Position numbers and translations under genes: made by a program | Part shown: in pieces, positions 1-12,417 of the stretch | Position numbering within the stretch: position 1 is the first letter of the stretch | Layout of the letters: the number at the start of each line of letters is the position of its first letter | Assembly (NCBI RefSeq): GCF_004010195.1 | Contig: NC_057759.1 | Location: forward strand, 62,001-98,243 | Length of the DNA: 36,243 nucleotides | Direction: 5' to 3' | Origin: Chiloscyllium plagiosum | Lineage: Eukaryota | The notes under the pieces: generated by a model | The model's input: only the letters and a program-made list of their open reading frames with translations | What the model was told of the DNA's origin: nothing | The model's database searches: none

Positions 1-168
1 AAACTCATCTGGTTTAGTAATGTCCTTGAATGAAGGAAACTGCTATCCTTCCCTTGTCTGGCCTGCATGTGACTCCAGACCCACATCAATGTGGCTGCAT
101 AGATAGTTAGGGATGGGCAATAAATTCTGGCCGAGTCCGTGATGCCCCCATCCCATGAATGAATTAGA
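1..168 (+). mobile_element. SINE 3' part (conserved body plus LINE-derived tail), cut by the window edge
   Basis: catctggtt..taatgtcctt..gaaggaaac..ggcct.catgtgactccagacccaca..gggatgggcaataaat..catcccatgaatgaat; an inverted copy lies at ~19470-19680. Confidence 0.7.
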
Positions 169-1658
169 AAAATATTCTGTGACTGTGATTCAATCTGTGA
201 TAATAGTGTTTAGGGTGTTGAGATTGGGCCCTAATCTCTTATGCATTTTGTGACTTATGATTAAATCACAGAATTGGTACAGCCATTCAGCCTGTTGTGT
301 CTGCACTGGGACATTCTATTCTTATTCGGTTCTTCATAAGAGTTTCCACTAATTGTTGGGATTCTAATCGTCTTTCACTCACTGCCAGTGTCTCGGTGTA
401 AATGCCAATTTGAGATTAGTTCTGCAGTTATCGGCCTTTGAATACCTATTGTGCCAGTTTTGCTCTGTGTGCAACAGTGATGAGTCGAGTATGTGGATGC
501 CATTCTCTTTCTATGTTCAGTTGTGTTTTTTCAGCAGGGTGTAGGATAAACCCATTCAATATTTGATAAACCTGTGTGATTGAGGGATTAATGTTGGTTC
601 AATACTTATCTTTGCCAAGAATCTGAATTTTACTGTATTCAATCTCAGTTTTCTTTTTATATTTTGTGCATGCAGTAGTCTTTGGCAGTTGCTGTTGGGC
701 ACTGCAATAATGTAACATCTAATACTAACATCTTCTGAAGTGATTAATTATTTGGTCAGTCAATTTATGACTGCCCATATCTGGAAGTAATTGTGGGCCT
801 AAATTGTACTTTTTCCCTTTTACCATTAACTGGCTGAGTGAGAGTGAGGTTTCTGTTGTGCTGCCAATCTGTATCACTTTGAAGAGTGGTACTGGCCTAT
901 ATAACACCAACATTGTCTGTATGTCTCTGTGATTCCAGTTCCACAAGTCATAACTTGATACACTTTATAAGGTGAGTTTAATGTCTTATCAATCAGTGTT
1001 TCATACATTAAACAAAATATGGAAATGCTTCTGCATTAGTCAGGCCCTCAACCAGAATGGGAGCGTGCATAAAGCCTGAGTGAGAATGAAAGAGACAGAG
1101 ACAGACACAGATGTGTATGTACGTATGTGAATGAACATTTAGCATCTTCTCTAGAAGCATCCTCTGTCGTTCAGGCTTGACCAAGAGGTTCATTTGAAAT
1201 TTACATTGTTTGATTATTGTCTTTATACAGGACAACTTTTTATCAAAAGAATAATTTTGTTCTGCTCAGTTACTCCAACTTTGCTTCTATATCTGAACTC
1301 AATATCTACTTCATATATATATTATATTTGTTATAACAATGTAACAGCATGATCAATTTGTTCATATTGATGTAATTTAAAAATACCAAATCTATGTATG
1401 GATTTAATGCAGGTCATTAAATGTATATTTATTATAAGCATACAGTCTAAACTGCTTATAATCTTATGAATGATAATTGGCTTTGAATAATTGGAATTTG
1501 CCATCACTGAGGTGGTATGCACTGAGAAGAGGGCAAAATAATATAGATTTATATATCGTCAGTTGTGTTTAACTCTTGGATTGAATCTCAATGTGTGTCT
1601 GACTCAATCCACTCAGACAGAGGAAAGGACATTCTCCTCTCTTACAATGATAACATAC

Positions 1659-1713
1659 CTGCTGGGTGTGAGAAGCAGCTGGTCACACTTGGATTGGTCC
1701 ATCAAATATTTGC
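1659..1713 (-). other. Candidate small non-coding exon, copy 1 (55 nt)
   Basis: Minus strand: ctttttgtctttctccAG|gcaaat...cagcag|GTATGT; homologous to 16478-16548 and 25561-25642. Confidence 0.45.
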
Positions 1714-1829
1714 CTGGAGAAAGACAAAAAGAAGAGAGCTCCTGTACATCACTAGCAGCCAAGTAGGAAGATGTCAAATGACCAAAGCAATATTCAGGTC
1801 ATGATCATTATAGTTCTTTGTTTCTCCAT

Positions 1830-2070
1830 CCCTTTGAGAAAGCGGTGGTGAGCCACCTTCTGGAACAGCTGTTGTCCATGTGCTGCCCACAATGCCATGA
1901 GCACAGAGTTCCAGGGTCTTGATCCAGTGACAGTGAGAGAAAGCGGTTTTATTTCCAAGTCAGCATGGTGAGTGCCTTAGAGGGGAACTTGTCCGATATC
2001 AAGGCGGTGTTCCCTGACATCAGCTGCCTTTATCCTTTTAGATGGAGGTAGTCGCGATTTGGAAGGTCCT
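1830..2070 (-). mobile_element. LINE 3'-end fragment (L2/CR1 group)
   Basis: Minus strand ..gtcactggatcaagaccctggaactc..gaaggtggctcaccacc..; the same fragment with shared diagnostic changes is at 14765-15040. Confidence 0.6.
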
Positions 2071-2107
2071 CCTTTTACAAATTACAAAACTCAAATCTCT
2101 TTGTCAG

Positions 2108-5100
2108 CGGCACAGACAGACGTCTCTCCGGCCGACAGCGTGAAATCAGAATAGTGTGTTGCCTCCCTGGTGTCAGGATCAAGGATATCTTGGAGAGAGT
2201 GCAGGATAATCATAAAAGGGAGAGGGACCAGCCGGAGTATACATTGGAACTAACTACCTAGGAAGGGGAAAGGATGAGATTCCGAATAAGTAAGAGAGGC
2301 AAGAATTTAGAAGGGAGTTCCTCTCCGGTCGTAATATCTAGATTACTTCCGCTGCTCCACGCAAGTGAAGGTAGGAGTAGGATGATAGAGTAAGGTAAAG
2401 CCCAAATCAGGAGCTGGTGCAGGGGAGAAGGATTCATATTTTTGGATCATTCGAATCTCTTCTGGGGAAGACGTGACTTGTATAAAAAGGATGGATTGCA
2501 GCTGAATTGGAAGGGGTCTAATATACTGACAGGGACATTTCCTGGAGCTGCTGGGGAGGGATTAGACTAGTATGGATGGGGGTGGGAGATAATGAAGAAA
2601 GAGATCGATCTGAGGCTGGTATAGTTGGCAAGTCAAACAGTCAGGGCAGGCAGGAACAAAGCAGAGAATGGAGTAGGATTCATAAATTAAACTGCGTTTA
2701 TTTGAATAAAAGAGGCCTAACAGGGAAGAACGATGATCTCAGGACATGGTTAGGAAAATGGAATTGGTCTTGGGATATCATAGCTATTACAGAGACATGG
2801 TTTGGGGATGGACACAACTGCAGCTTACTGTCCCAGGAATCAAACGATGGGGGGAGGCGGGCAGCAAGAGAAAATGGGGAGTGACGTGTTTGGTAAGAGA
2901 TAAGCTTACAGATATACTTAGGGGGGTTTTTCCTGGGAATTATTTGGGTGGAACTGAGAAATAAGAAAGGGTTTGATCACCTTATTGGGATTGGACTGTA
3001 GACACCCCAACAGTCATCAGGAAATGAGAAGCAAATTTGTAAGGAGATCTTAGATCTGCAGGAATACTGGTGTGGTTATGGTGAGGGATTTTAACATTCC
3101 AAACATAGATTGGGACTGCCATTTTGTTAATGGTTTCAACAGAGAGGAATTCCTTAAGTGTGTACAAGAAAGTTTTCTGATTCTGTATGTGAATGTACCT
3201 TCCAGCCAAGGTGCAAAACTTGACCTACACTTGGGATATAATGATGTGGCAGTGGGGGAGCATTTTGGGGCCAGTGACCATAATGTAAAACTGTTATTGA
3301 AAAGGATAAACCAGATCTCAAAGTTAAATTTCTAATTTGGAGCAAGGTCAATTTTGAGAGTATTATGCAAGAACCTTCAAACGTTGACTGAGGGCAGATG
3401 TTCACAGGCAAAGGGATGGCTGGAAAATGGGAAGCCTTCAAAAATGTGAAAACAAGGGTCCAGAGACAGTATGTTCCTGTTAGAGTGAAAGGCATGACTG
3501 GTAAGTGTAGGAAATGCTGGATGAGAAAAGAAGTTGAGGTTTTGGTCCGAATGAGAAGGAAGCATATATTAGTTAAATACAGTAGAGGTTGACAGCAATA
3601 GGGAAAAACTTAAGATGGAAATCAGGAGGGCAAAAAAGGGACATAAGATACCTTTGGCAAATATTGTTAAGGAGAATTTAAACCGATTTTATAAATACAT
3701 GAAGGACAAAAGGGCCCAACAAATATTAGCAGGGCAGCCTATGTGTGGAACAACAGGAAATGTGGAGATACTAAGCAAGTTCTTACTGAGGAGAAGGAAA
3801 TGGAAGATGTAGAATGTGGGAAATAGATGGTGACATTTTGAAAAATGTTCATAATACAGAGGAGGTGCTGCTGGATGTTTTTAAACATAAAAGATGGATA
3901 AAGCATGAGCACCTGATCAGGTGTATCCTGGAACACGGTGATAAGCTAGGGAAGTGATTGTTGGGCCCCTACTGAGATACCTGTATCATCAATAGTCACA
4001 GTTGAGGTGCCCAAAGACTGGAGGTTGGCTAACGTGGTACCACTGTTTAAGAATGGTGGTAAGGCAAAGCCAGGGAACTATTGAACAGTGAGCGTAACAT
4101 CAACAGTAGGCACACAGTTGAGGGGATTGTGAGAGACAGGATTTACATCTTTTTAAAAGGCCACTGGGAAGTCATGTATCACTAACTCAACTGATTTTTT
4201 TTAATTGGTAAGGAAGAGGACTGATGAGGGCAAAGTGGTGAATGTGATCTATATGGCCTTCAGTAAGGCGTTTGACAAGGTTCCCCATGCGAAATTGATT
4301 AGCAAGATTGAATCACATGGAATACAGGGAGAACTCGCCATTTGAATATAGAACTTGTTTGAAGGTAGAAGACAGAGGGTGGTGGTTGTGGGATGCTTTT
4401 CAGACTGGAGGCCTGTGACAAGTGATGTGCTACAAGAATCACTGCTGGGTCCACTGCTTTTCATCATTTATATAACTGATTTTAGTTAAAAACATGACAA
4501 CACCAGGTTATAGTCCAACAGGTTTATTTGGAAGTACAAGCTTTCAGAGTGCTGCTCCTCCGCCAGGTGTCGATGCTCTGAATGCTTGTACTTCCAAATA
4601 AATCTGTTGGAGTATAACCTGGCGTTGTGTCATTTTTAACTTTGCACACCTCGGTTCAACTCCAGCCCCTCCCATTATTATGAATGATTTTGGATGTGAA
4701 GGTGCACCTATTGTTAATAAGTTTGCAGATTACACAAAAATTGGAGTTGTAGTGGCCTGCAAAGAAGACTACCTCAGAATACAGCAGGATCTTGATCAGA
4801 TGGGCCACTAGACTCAGCAGTGGCATATTGAGTTCAATTTATATCAATATGAGGTGCAGCAATTTGGAAAGGCAAATCAGGGCAAGACTTACACACTTAA
4901 TATTAAGGTCCTGTGGAGTGTTGCTGAACTAAGAGACGTTGGAATGCAGATTCATTGTTGCTTGAAGGTGGAGTTATAGTTAGATAGGATAGCAAAGAAG
5001 GCATTTGATATGTTTTCCTTTACTGGTCAGAGCTTTGAGTATGTAACTTAGGAGGACACGTTGTGGGTGTACAGAACATTGTTTATGCCACTTTTGGAAT

Positions 5101-5151
5101 ATTATGTGCAGTTTTAGTTTCTCTCCTATGGAAAGGATGTTGTGAAACTTG
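2108..5151 (+). mobile_element. Decayed CR1-type LINE: ORF1 esterase-like C-terminus, ORF2 endonuclease and RT fragments
   Basis: Translated pieces IVCCLPG.RIKD (ORF1), LNCVYLNKRGL..WDIIAITETW and VMVRDFNIPNIDW..SDHN (APE endonuclease), AFSKAFDKVPH (RT); many stops and frameshifts. Confidence 0.9.
4483..4675. mobile_element. Fold-back Penelope-derived short element (family B) inserted in the CR1
   Basis: gttaaaaacatgacaacaccaggttatagtccaacagg.. is inverted against ..ctgttggagtataacctggcgttgtgtcatttttaac; flanked by similar repeats tataactgatttt / tatgaatgatttt. Confidence 0.7.
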
Positions 5152-5154
5152 AGA

Positions 5155-6045
5155 CAGCTATTCAAGATAGTTTTTGGTCCAAAGAAAAGGCCTAAAATTT
5201 GGGAAGATATATAGTGAAAGACATGAAGGCTGCAAACAGATCTAAATTTAGCCAATGGCAGGGAAAAGGGATTTGACTAACAAAGGGCAAATGAAGAAAA
5301 CAGTAATGTTGCAGAAGCCATTAAAGGAAAAACAAACAGTTGAAGCACGAATACATTTGTAAAGAGAGAAATAGGTTGGTAAAGAGGACCATATATCAAT
5401 TACAACATAAAAAAAGGAGTTTAAAATGGGAAACAAAAACGTCTCAAAAATCTCTAACATAATGTTGTTCTCTGTTCACAAATGTTCACACAGCTAACAC
5501 AGTTGGGGAGTTTACTGAGAGGGAAAAACTGAGCCAAATCAGTATTATTTGGGAAATGATGTTGGGACAGTGGGTAGGATTGAAGGTTGGGCATTGATCA
5601 TCTACGTCACAGAGTATTTAATGTAGTGGGTTGAGTAGTACTGGATGCAGTGGTGATTCCTGATGAAGGGCTTTTGTCTGAAACATCGATATACCTGCTT
5701 CTCGGATGCTGCCTGACCTGCTCCAGCACCACTCTGACTTCAACTCTGGTTTCCAGCATCTGCAGTCCTCACTTTTGCCTGGATGCAGTGGTGGTCATGT
5801 TCCAAGATTCTATAAGCTCTGCAATAATTTACACAGATGGGGGGGGGGGGGGTTGCTAGTGTAAGTAATCCAATGGAAAAGGGAGGTAGGTATAAAATTG
5901 GGAACTATAGACCAGTCAGCCTACAGGGAAAAATCAAAATGAAAGCTTCAATTGCGAAGCATTTGACAAAACAGTATTCAGGATCCGATAGAGTCAGCAT
6001 GGACATGAAGGGCCTGTTCCAGTGCACACTGTTCTGTCCTCTAAG
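5155..6045 (+). mobile_element. Older, internally deleted CR1-type LINE remnant
   Basis: KGGRYKIGNYRPVSL motif, then gagtcagcatgga fused to the 3'-UTR-like aagggcctgtt..gttctgtcct; mirrored at 14320-14700. Confidence 0.7.
5656..5778 (+). mobile_element. Penelope-derived short element (family A) with a 15-bp target-site duplication
   Basis: cctgatgaagggcttttg..gaaac..ggatgctgcctgacctg..ccagcatctgcagtcctcactttt; TSD ctggatgcagtggtg at 5641-5655 and 5779-5793. Confidence 0.8.
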
Positions 6046-6634
6046 CCTGATAAACCGACTGGCCATCTTGAGGATGGAAACAGTAGAGCTGATGAGAATA
6101 TAAAAGTTACTGAGGAGAAGAACTTCAACAAACTCCCTGGACACCGCAGCAAAGGCTGAAAGGAGGAGACATTCTATCCTTCCACACTTACATTTGGTGA
6201 TATTTCTGACGTGTGACTGTGTGAATGTGAATACTGTGTCAGAGAGGCTGTCGGAAAAGGGCGGACGGTTAGTCGAACGTAACTGTCTTTGTGTGTCCGC
6301 GAATATTATATTTCTGGGTCTCTCTTGTGAAAATCAAAAACATTTTCAAGTCAACTTATTCCCCGGCTCTCCCACTAGACCCCGAAGGTAGAATCTAAGA
6401 CAATATATTTGTTGATTTCAAGATTTCGATCTAAAAGTACCGACAATGTCACCGTTCAGCTGAAAGAGCTCGATCTGTGCAGCAGCAAAATGCGCTTAAC
6501 TAAGAACGGAGCCGGTCTATTCGAGTGAAAACTTTTCAGTCGCAAACCTTCCCATGTCAGGGTGAGGAGCGATCGAGCCTGGCTCTCTGGAGATGCGGAA
6601 TTTCAGAGGAATCGGAGAGTTTAGGCCGTTAGAG

Positions 6635-6641
6635 AAACACA
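6635..6641 (+). promoter_or_regulatory. H1 box (AAACACA)
   Basis: Exact H1-box heptamer ~150 nt upstream of the H1 ATG. Confidence 0.6.
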
Positions 6642-6789
6642 GAGAGGCAGCTGGAACAGGGAGCTGACGGCAGGTTGTCCCTGCGAAGTCCGCTCGCTGC
6701 CTTGAAGTTGCTCAGTGCCGCCCCCAGCAGCTTCTTTGCTGACCCAGTTCAGACTGTCCCAGAGAGAGATTCAGCGCAGAGTTCTCAAC

Positions 6790-7379
6790 ATGAGCGACAG
6801 TGCAGCCGCCGAAACGGCTCCTCCAGCCGCCGCTCCCACCAAAGCCAAGGCTCCCAAGAAGAAGGCNNNNNNNNNNNNNNNNNNNNNNNNNNNNNNNNNN
6901 NNNNNNNNNNNNNNNNNNNNNNNNNNNNNNNNNNNNNNNNNNNNNNNNNNNNNNNNNNNNNNNNNNNNNNNNNNNNNNNNNNNNNNNNNNNNNNNNNNNN
7001 NNNNNNNNNNNNNNNNNNNNNNNNNNNNNNNNNNNNNNNNNNNNNNNNNNNNNNNNNNNNNNNNNNNNNNNNNNNNNNNNNNNNNNNNNNNNNNNNNNNN
7101 NNNNNNNNNNNNNNNNNNNNNNNNNNNNNNNNNAAGGCGACAGCAAAGAAATCCCAGGCCAAGAAAGCGACAGCCAAGAAGTCCCCAGCCAAGAAAGCGA
7201 GCGGCAAGAAGACGGCACCGCCAAAGAAAGCGGCGAGCAAAGCAGCGCCAAAGAAACGGACTCCCGTGAAGAAGGTGAAAAAGGCCAAAGGCCCAAAAGC
7301 CCCTAAACCCCTCAGCAAACCGGCTAAAAGCAAGGCCAAGCCCAAAGCGAAAGTGACCAAGACAGCAGCAAAGAAATGA
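6790..7379 (+). CDS. H1: Linker histone H1 (globular domain hidden in an assembly gap)
   Basis: MSDSAAAETAPPAAAPTKAKAPKKK N-terminus; K/A/P-rich C-terminus with SPAK and TPVK motifs ending at TGA 7377-7379; histone stem-loop downstream. The two halves are out of frame only across the N gap. Confidence 0.9.
6867..7133. other. Assembly gap (267 N)
   Basis: Run of N. Confidence 1.
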
Positions 7380-7409
7380 ACCCGTAATATATAACCATCT
7401 GAACCCAAA

Positions 7410-7450
7410 GGCTCTTATCAGAGCCACCCACATCTCTCAGGAAAGAGCTG
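7410..7450 (+). terminator. Histone 3' stem-loop plus U7-binding HDE of H1
   Basis: ccaaa GGCTCT-TATC-AGAGCC acccac at 7410-7425; AAAGAGCTG at 7442-7450. Confidence 0.9.
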
Positions 7451-7703
7451 AGCCCGGATCCAATGTTCTCCGTCCGGCGCCGGGCGCAGACCTACCTTAG
7501 ATATTAATTGATCTGAATAACTCAAATACACACTCATGCTATGGTTCACGAGAGCTGAGACCTGTGAATGGGGAAGGTATCACATAGGGAAGGTTTATTG
7601 ATCTCCATCTGGATATTTCACTTCGCGACTTATAACTCTACCGAGTCACGAATGTGACATATTGTAGTATTTGTATTTCATTGACCCGTTCAGGAATGTT
7701 ACT

Positions 7704-8172
7704 TTGTTCAGTTTTGATTCTGAGACCCTGCGGATGTTTTCATGGCGTGTTCCTTCCATCTGCCTGTTACAGACAGTTCAGGTAGTAATTCCACATTGTC
7801 TTCGGGCTAATTACAATCTGGGGATAATAAAAAAATAGCAGATAAAGTGAGATTCTGTCCTTTTATCGGTGTATACTGCATTAGCTTTTAAGATGATTAA
7901 ATTGGCGGGGTTATTTAGATTGATTCACGGCCGATACAAGTTCCGTTGTTCAGTTTGTCTGAGCTGTTTTAAACCCTGCCTTTCCTCCTGCTTGTTACAG
8001 ACAGATCAGGCAATGATCCCGCCTCGTGTCCGCGCTGACAGCTAACTAGGTTTTGAAGAAATACTACGAAGTATTAAATTTTATCTTAGTTGCAGACGGA
8101 TGGTGTTTTGCGTTTGAATGTTTAATTTAATTTCAGTGTTTTGTGAGGGTGAATTCGGCGGGCATTTTCAAA
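7704..8172 (+). repeat. Degenerate ~240-bp tandem duplication between H1 and H3
   Basis: ttgttcagttt..ctgag..ctg(c/t)..tgttacagacag.tcagg..ggcggg at ~7704-7915 and ~7946-8172. Confidence 0.65.
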
Positions 8173-8280
8173 CTGACCAACTGTCATTTCACGTCAGCAA
8201 ATCAGCCTCCAACAATTCTTTTCCTGCCTTTTCTGTCCCATCCGGAGCTGTTTCTCTGTGGGCTGAGGGACAGGGCTGTA

Positions 8281-8322
8281 TCCAATCCCAGCTCTAGGGC
8301 GGGCTCTCCGTTCCCTTAAATA
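8281..8322 (+). promoter_or_regulatory. H3 core promoter (CCAAT, GC box, TATA-like)
   Basis: CCAAT 8282-8286, GGGCGG 8297-8302, TTAAATA 8316-8322, ~70 nt before the ATG. Confidence 0.65.
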
Positions 8323-8350
8323 GGCAGCACCGCAGCAGCCTCAGCATTGA

Positions 8351-8803
<453 letters not shown>

Positions 8804-8859
8804 ACGGAGCATAGTCGGCCCTACACATTCACCCCGAGACAGAGAGAGAAAAACACAAC

Positions 8860-8898
8860 GGCTCTTTTCAGAGCCACTAAACCATCCAGAGAGAGCGG
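8860..8898 (+). terminator. Histone 3' stem-loop plus HDE of H3
   Basis: GGCTCT-TTTC-AGAGCC at 8860-8875; purine-rich AGAGAGAGCG downstream. Confidence 0.9.
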
Positions 8899-9142
8899 GA
8901 AATGATGGGTTGCATGAATATTGTAATTATAAATCTATGAAGTAAATGGGGATGGAGTGAAATATTGATCTGGAGTTAGTCAGCAACTATGAAGATTCAG
9001 CAGCCGAGGTCTTCGGTGATTGCAGAATTTGTTATAACATGATATTAGAGATTTGAAATTTTGCTACACAATTGGGAATTCCCCGAACAAAAGCCCTCTC
9101 TCCTCACTGTTTATCGTCGTGGTAAACATGGTTTGTGCTTGT

Positions 9143-9213
9143 GGAGAAGGCGCGGGAGAACATTTGGCGCCAAGAGATCAACCGCTTTTATTTTGAATGG
9201 AAAAGCCCGCCAA
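9143..9213 (-). promoter_or_regulatory. Orphan copy of the H2A upstream module (GGCGGG-CTTTTC..GCGGTTGAT..TTGGCGCC)
   Basis: Reverse complement ttggcgggcttttccattcaaaataaaagcggttgatctcttggcgcc aligns to 10888-10936. Confidence 0.6.
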
Positions 9214-9549
9214 CATGCCAGAGGAGAATGCGTGAATTCTTATTCGGTGATTTGTTTTTGCCATTACAAAAATACAGTCCAAACAATCATACCTTACTCC
9301 CTTTCTAATTTGCATCTGAAAAAAAAGACTCACCAGTGAGTCAATTTTTTGAGACAGTCTTTTTATTCCGAGAGCGAAAGCGAGCATATTAAACAGCAGT
9401 GAGTAATGCATAGCTGGGGAGTTATTCTCATTGAGCGGCAGTGAAAAGAATACATACTGCAATGTAATTTGTTCATCATATATTAAGGTAGTGGAGTATT
9501 CCGGATTAAAGATCCTTGGCGTTCCCACCAGCTGTAACTATATGATCAT

Positions 9550-9637
9550 TGTTAAAAATCACACAACACCAGTATATAGTCCAACAGGTTTAATTGGAAG
9601 CACTAGCTTTCGGAGCGACGCCCCTTCATCAGGTGGA
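9550..9637 (-). mobile_element. Penelope-derived short element (family B) with a hammerhead-like core
   Basis: Minus strand ccacctgatgaaggggcgtcgctccgaaagctagtgcttccaattaaacctgttggactata..gtgatttttaac. Confidence 0.8.
9601..9635 (-). ncRNA. Minimal type-I hammerhead ribozyme motif
   Basis: CAC-CUGAUGA-A-GGGGC/GUC/GCUCC-GAAA-GC-UA-GUG. Confidence 0.6.
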
Positions 9638-9711
9638 GAGTAACTTGAGCAAATAGCAGCAAACAGAAAGAAGATTCACTAGTACTTAATATGTTCCCAA
9701 GAGGCAGAGAA

Positions 9712-9790
9712 GAGAGGGCACGTTCTCTTCTCTCGAAGCCAGCGCCAAATCATAATCAGCTTTCTTTCCAATTTGAAAAGCCCGCCGATT
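9712..9790 (-). promoter_or_regulatory. Orphan near-identical copy of the H2A upstream module
   Basis: Reverse complement ggcgggcttttcaaattggaaagaaagctgattatgatttggcgctgg..cgtgccctctc versus 10890-10967. Confidence 0.7.
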
Positions 9791-10889
9791 CACAAATAAA
9801 GAAGTATGTTTTGCATAAAAGAATGATGTATAAGAAAGGAAGACGTTGTTCAGAGGAGAATCCACCGATACCTGTTAATTAGGTTACAAATGTATACTTC
9901 AGACAATCTCTCTCGCTCATTCATTTGCCAAACCGCATTTGTTTCTTTCTACACTCTTTTTTTTAATCTTTTCTGGACCTGACGAACTGGCAGAAACAAA
10001 AGCAAGCGCCACGAACTGCAATTAATCTCTTCATTTCACATTTGAAAAGCACCCCGGTATGTTAATTAAACATCTCATACTTTCTCTCACGGAATAAACC
10101 GCAGTCACGGAGAATATTAGTGGCTGCCAGAGAATTAAGCCAAATTGGCACGCAAGAGTAGAAAGAGGTTATTCGTGTATATCCTGTACCCACTGCCTGG
10201 GGACAGAGATCACGTTAAATGCCGCGGAGTCATTTTTCATGTGCCCGTGTTACTCTTTGTTAGTCGAACAGGTCGGGAACTGCAAGCCCCGGTGGTGGGT
10301 TGGGGGGCGGTGGCATGAGCTTTGAGTTTCACCCCCGGCAACCAAAAGTGCCCCAGCACCCGCCGGCAATCAAAAGCAACGTTTCCATCTGAGTTCTATT
10401 TTACTTTATTTTTCGTTTCCAAATCCCCGCACAAATATTGCCCGGATGCTGATTGTGGCAAATGAGGCTTTCTGCTGTTGGTGAGAGATATTCAAAATGA
10501 GCCGAAATAAAACTAGAAAGCCTTCAGAAGTGGCACAGTAAATGTGGAGCTTTTACTGATCTATGAACGTGTGCTGTAGGGAGTGCAACGTTAAAATATT
10601 CTCGAAAAACTGCGTTCGCTACTGATCCGCTCACTCGGAAGAACGTAATCTCATGTTTTATCAGTAAATCGGGGTGCTGTTGCAATGTGAAATAAAATAT
10701 TGGTTCCGGAGTGCGGGGTTTCCCGCCTTTTCTGATTAATGTACAGACAATTTCATTCGAAATCAGAAATGGACAGATTCAAGTCGACTTGGGTATGAGT
10801 TAAAGGGAGATAATGTAAAGTGTATACGTCTATTGTAGAAGTAAATCAACTCGAGTATTTGTGCATTCCTCAGTACAAAACTATATATT

Positions 10890-11313
<424 letters not shown>

Positions 11314-11343
11314 AGAGAGTATTCTTGAATCTGACAACCCAAA

Positions 11344-11359
11344 GGCTCTTTTAAGAGCC
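11344..11359 (+). terminator. Histone 3' stem-loop of H2A
   Basis: ccaaa GGCTCT-TTTA-AGAGCC actcac. Confidence 0.9.
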
Positions 11360-11904
11360 ACTCACAGCATCTGTGAAACGAGTTCTCCCTTCCATCAGAT
11401 TGAATTACCTTCCTGTGGTTAATTGTCTTTAATCGTCGTCCTATAAATGCATTACTCAGTCCCTGTACTCGCTCGCAGGCAGATTCACGTTACGTTGTGC
11501 TGTATTTAGGAAGAGCTGAATTGCCCCCGTGCCATAAGTTTATAATGAGTGGTCGCTGACCCTCTGTTTTATTCTCTGATGTGTTCGTGTATAAGATCCT
11601 TTGCCTGGTCATGAGAGGGAGCATAATAGAGGCCACAGTCATTTTCAGCTACTTCCAGTTTGTTGCTCTTTAATAGTCAACCAGTTCGGTAGTAACGCCC
11701 CCATGGAGTATGAGCCCGAGTTTGATCTCCGGCAAACAACAAGTGCCCCATCTTTGATTTCCACGGATAGATTCATTTTACGCTTTTTAAATTTCAGAGT
11801 ACCGATGGTGTTGTCTGATTGCAAAAGGCTCTGAATGAGGCGTTCTGCTGTCAAAGCTTTAAAAATGAAGAGCTCAAACCAGAACAGTTGCCTCACTGTA
11901 AGAC

Positions 11905-12415
11905 TCAGTCAAGTAGCATAGATACAGACCCTTTGGTCCAACCAGTCCATACCCACAATAATCTCGAACTAGACTGGTTCTAATTGCCTGTTCTTGTCCC
12001 GTAGCCCTTTGAAACTTTTCTTATCTTGTCCCGTAGCCCTTTGAAACTTTTCTTATCATGTACTTATCCAAATGTCTTCTAAATATTGTGACTATCCATG
12101 TCCATCACCTGCTTTCGAAGTGAATTCCACACAAACCACATCATTTCACCGTAGTTACAGATGATACAAATATTTCTGAAACAGGCACCTTATTTTCCTG
12201 CTTAACTTCTTCGCACAATGTCCTGGGGTGTGCTAGATCAGATCTGAGATTTATCCAAATCTGTCTTCTAAGACCTCCAGCATGCCTCTTTGTAATGTGA
12301 ACTGTTTTCAAAACATCAATATTTATTTCCCTAAGTTTACTAGCTTCCCAGTTTAAAAAAAAACTGATGTGAAATATTCATTTTGAGCTTGTCCCATCTT
12401 CTGAGATTCAACAGA
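11905..12415 (-). mobile_element. CR1-type LINE fragments (3' end plus ORF2 piece), continuing at 13615-13835 after the LTR
   Basis: acagaccctttggtccaac..atccaaatgtctt tail as at 25861-25980; ORF 13639-13974 contains YEIALADTVKHNSKGFYKFIQSK. Confidence 0.75.
11992..12055. repeat. Perfect 32-bp tandem duplication
   Basis: tcttgtcccgtagccctttgaaacttttctta x2. Confidence 0.95.
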
Positions 12416-12417
12416 AC

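Larger units (their letters stand above)
1..6045 (-). repeat. Left arm of a degenerate inverted segmental duplication (pairs with ~14320-19650)
   Basis: Reverse complement aligns block by block: 1-1065 to 18580-19650, 1110-1810 to 16360-17090, 1830-2095 to 14740-15010, 5155-6045 to 14320-14700. Confidence 0.85.

Noticed and set aside
6675..7433. Long ORFs in all six frames
   Set aside because: Artefact of the N gap containing no stop codons.
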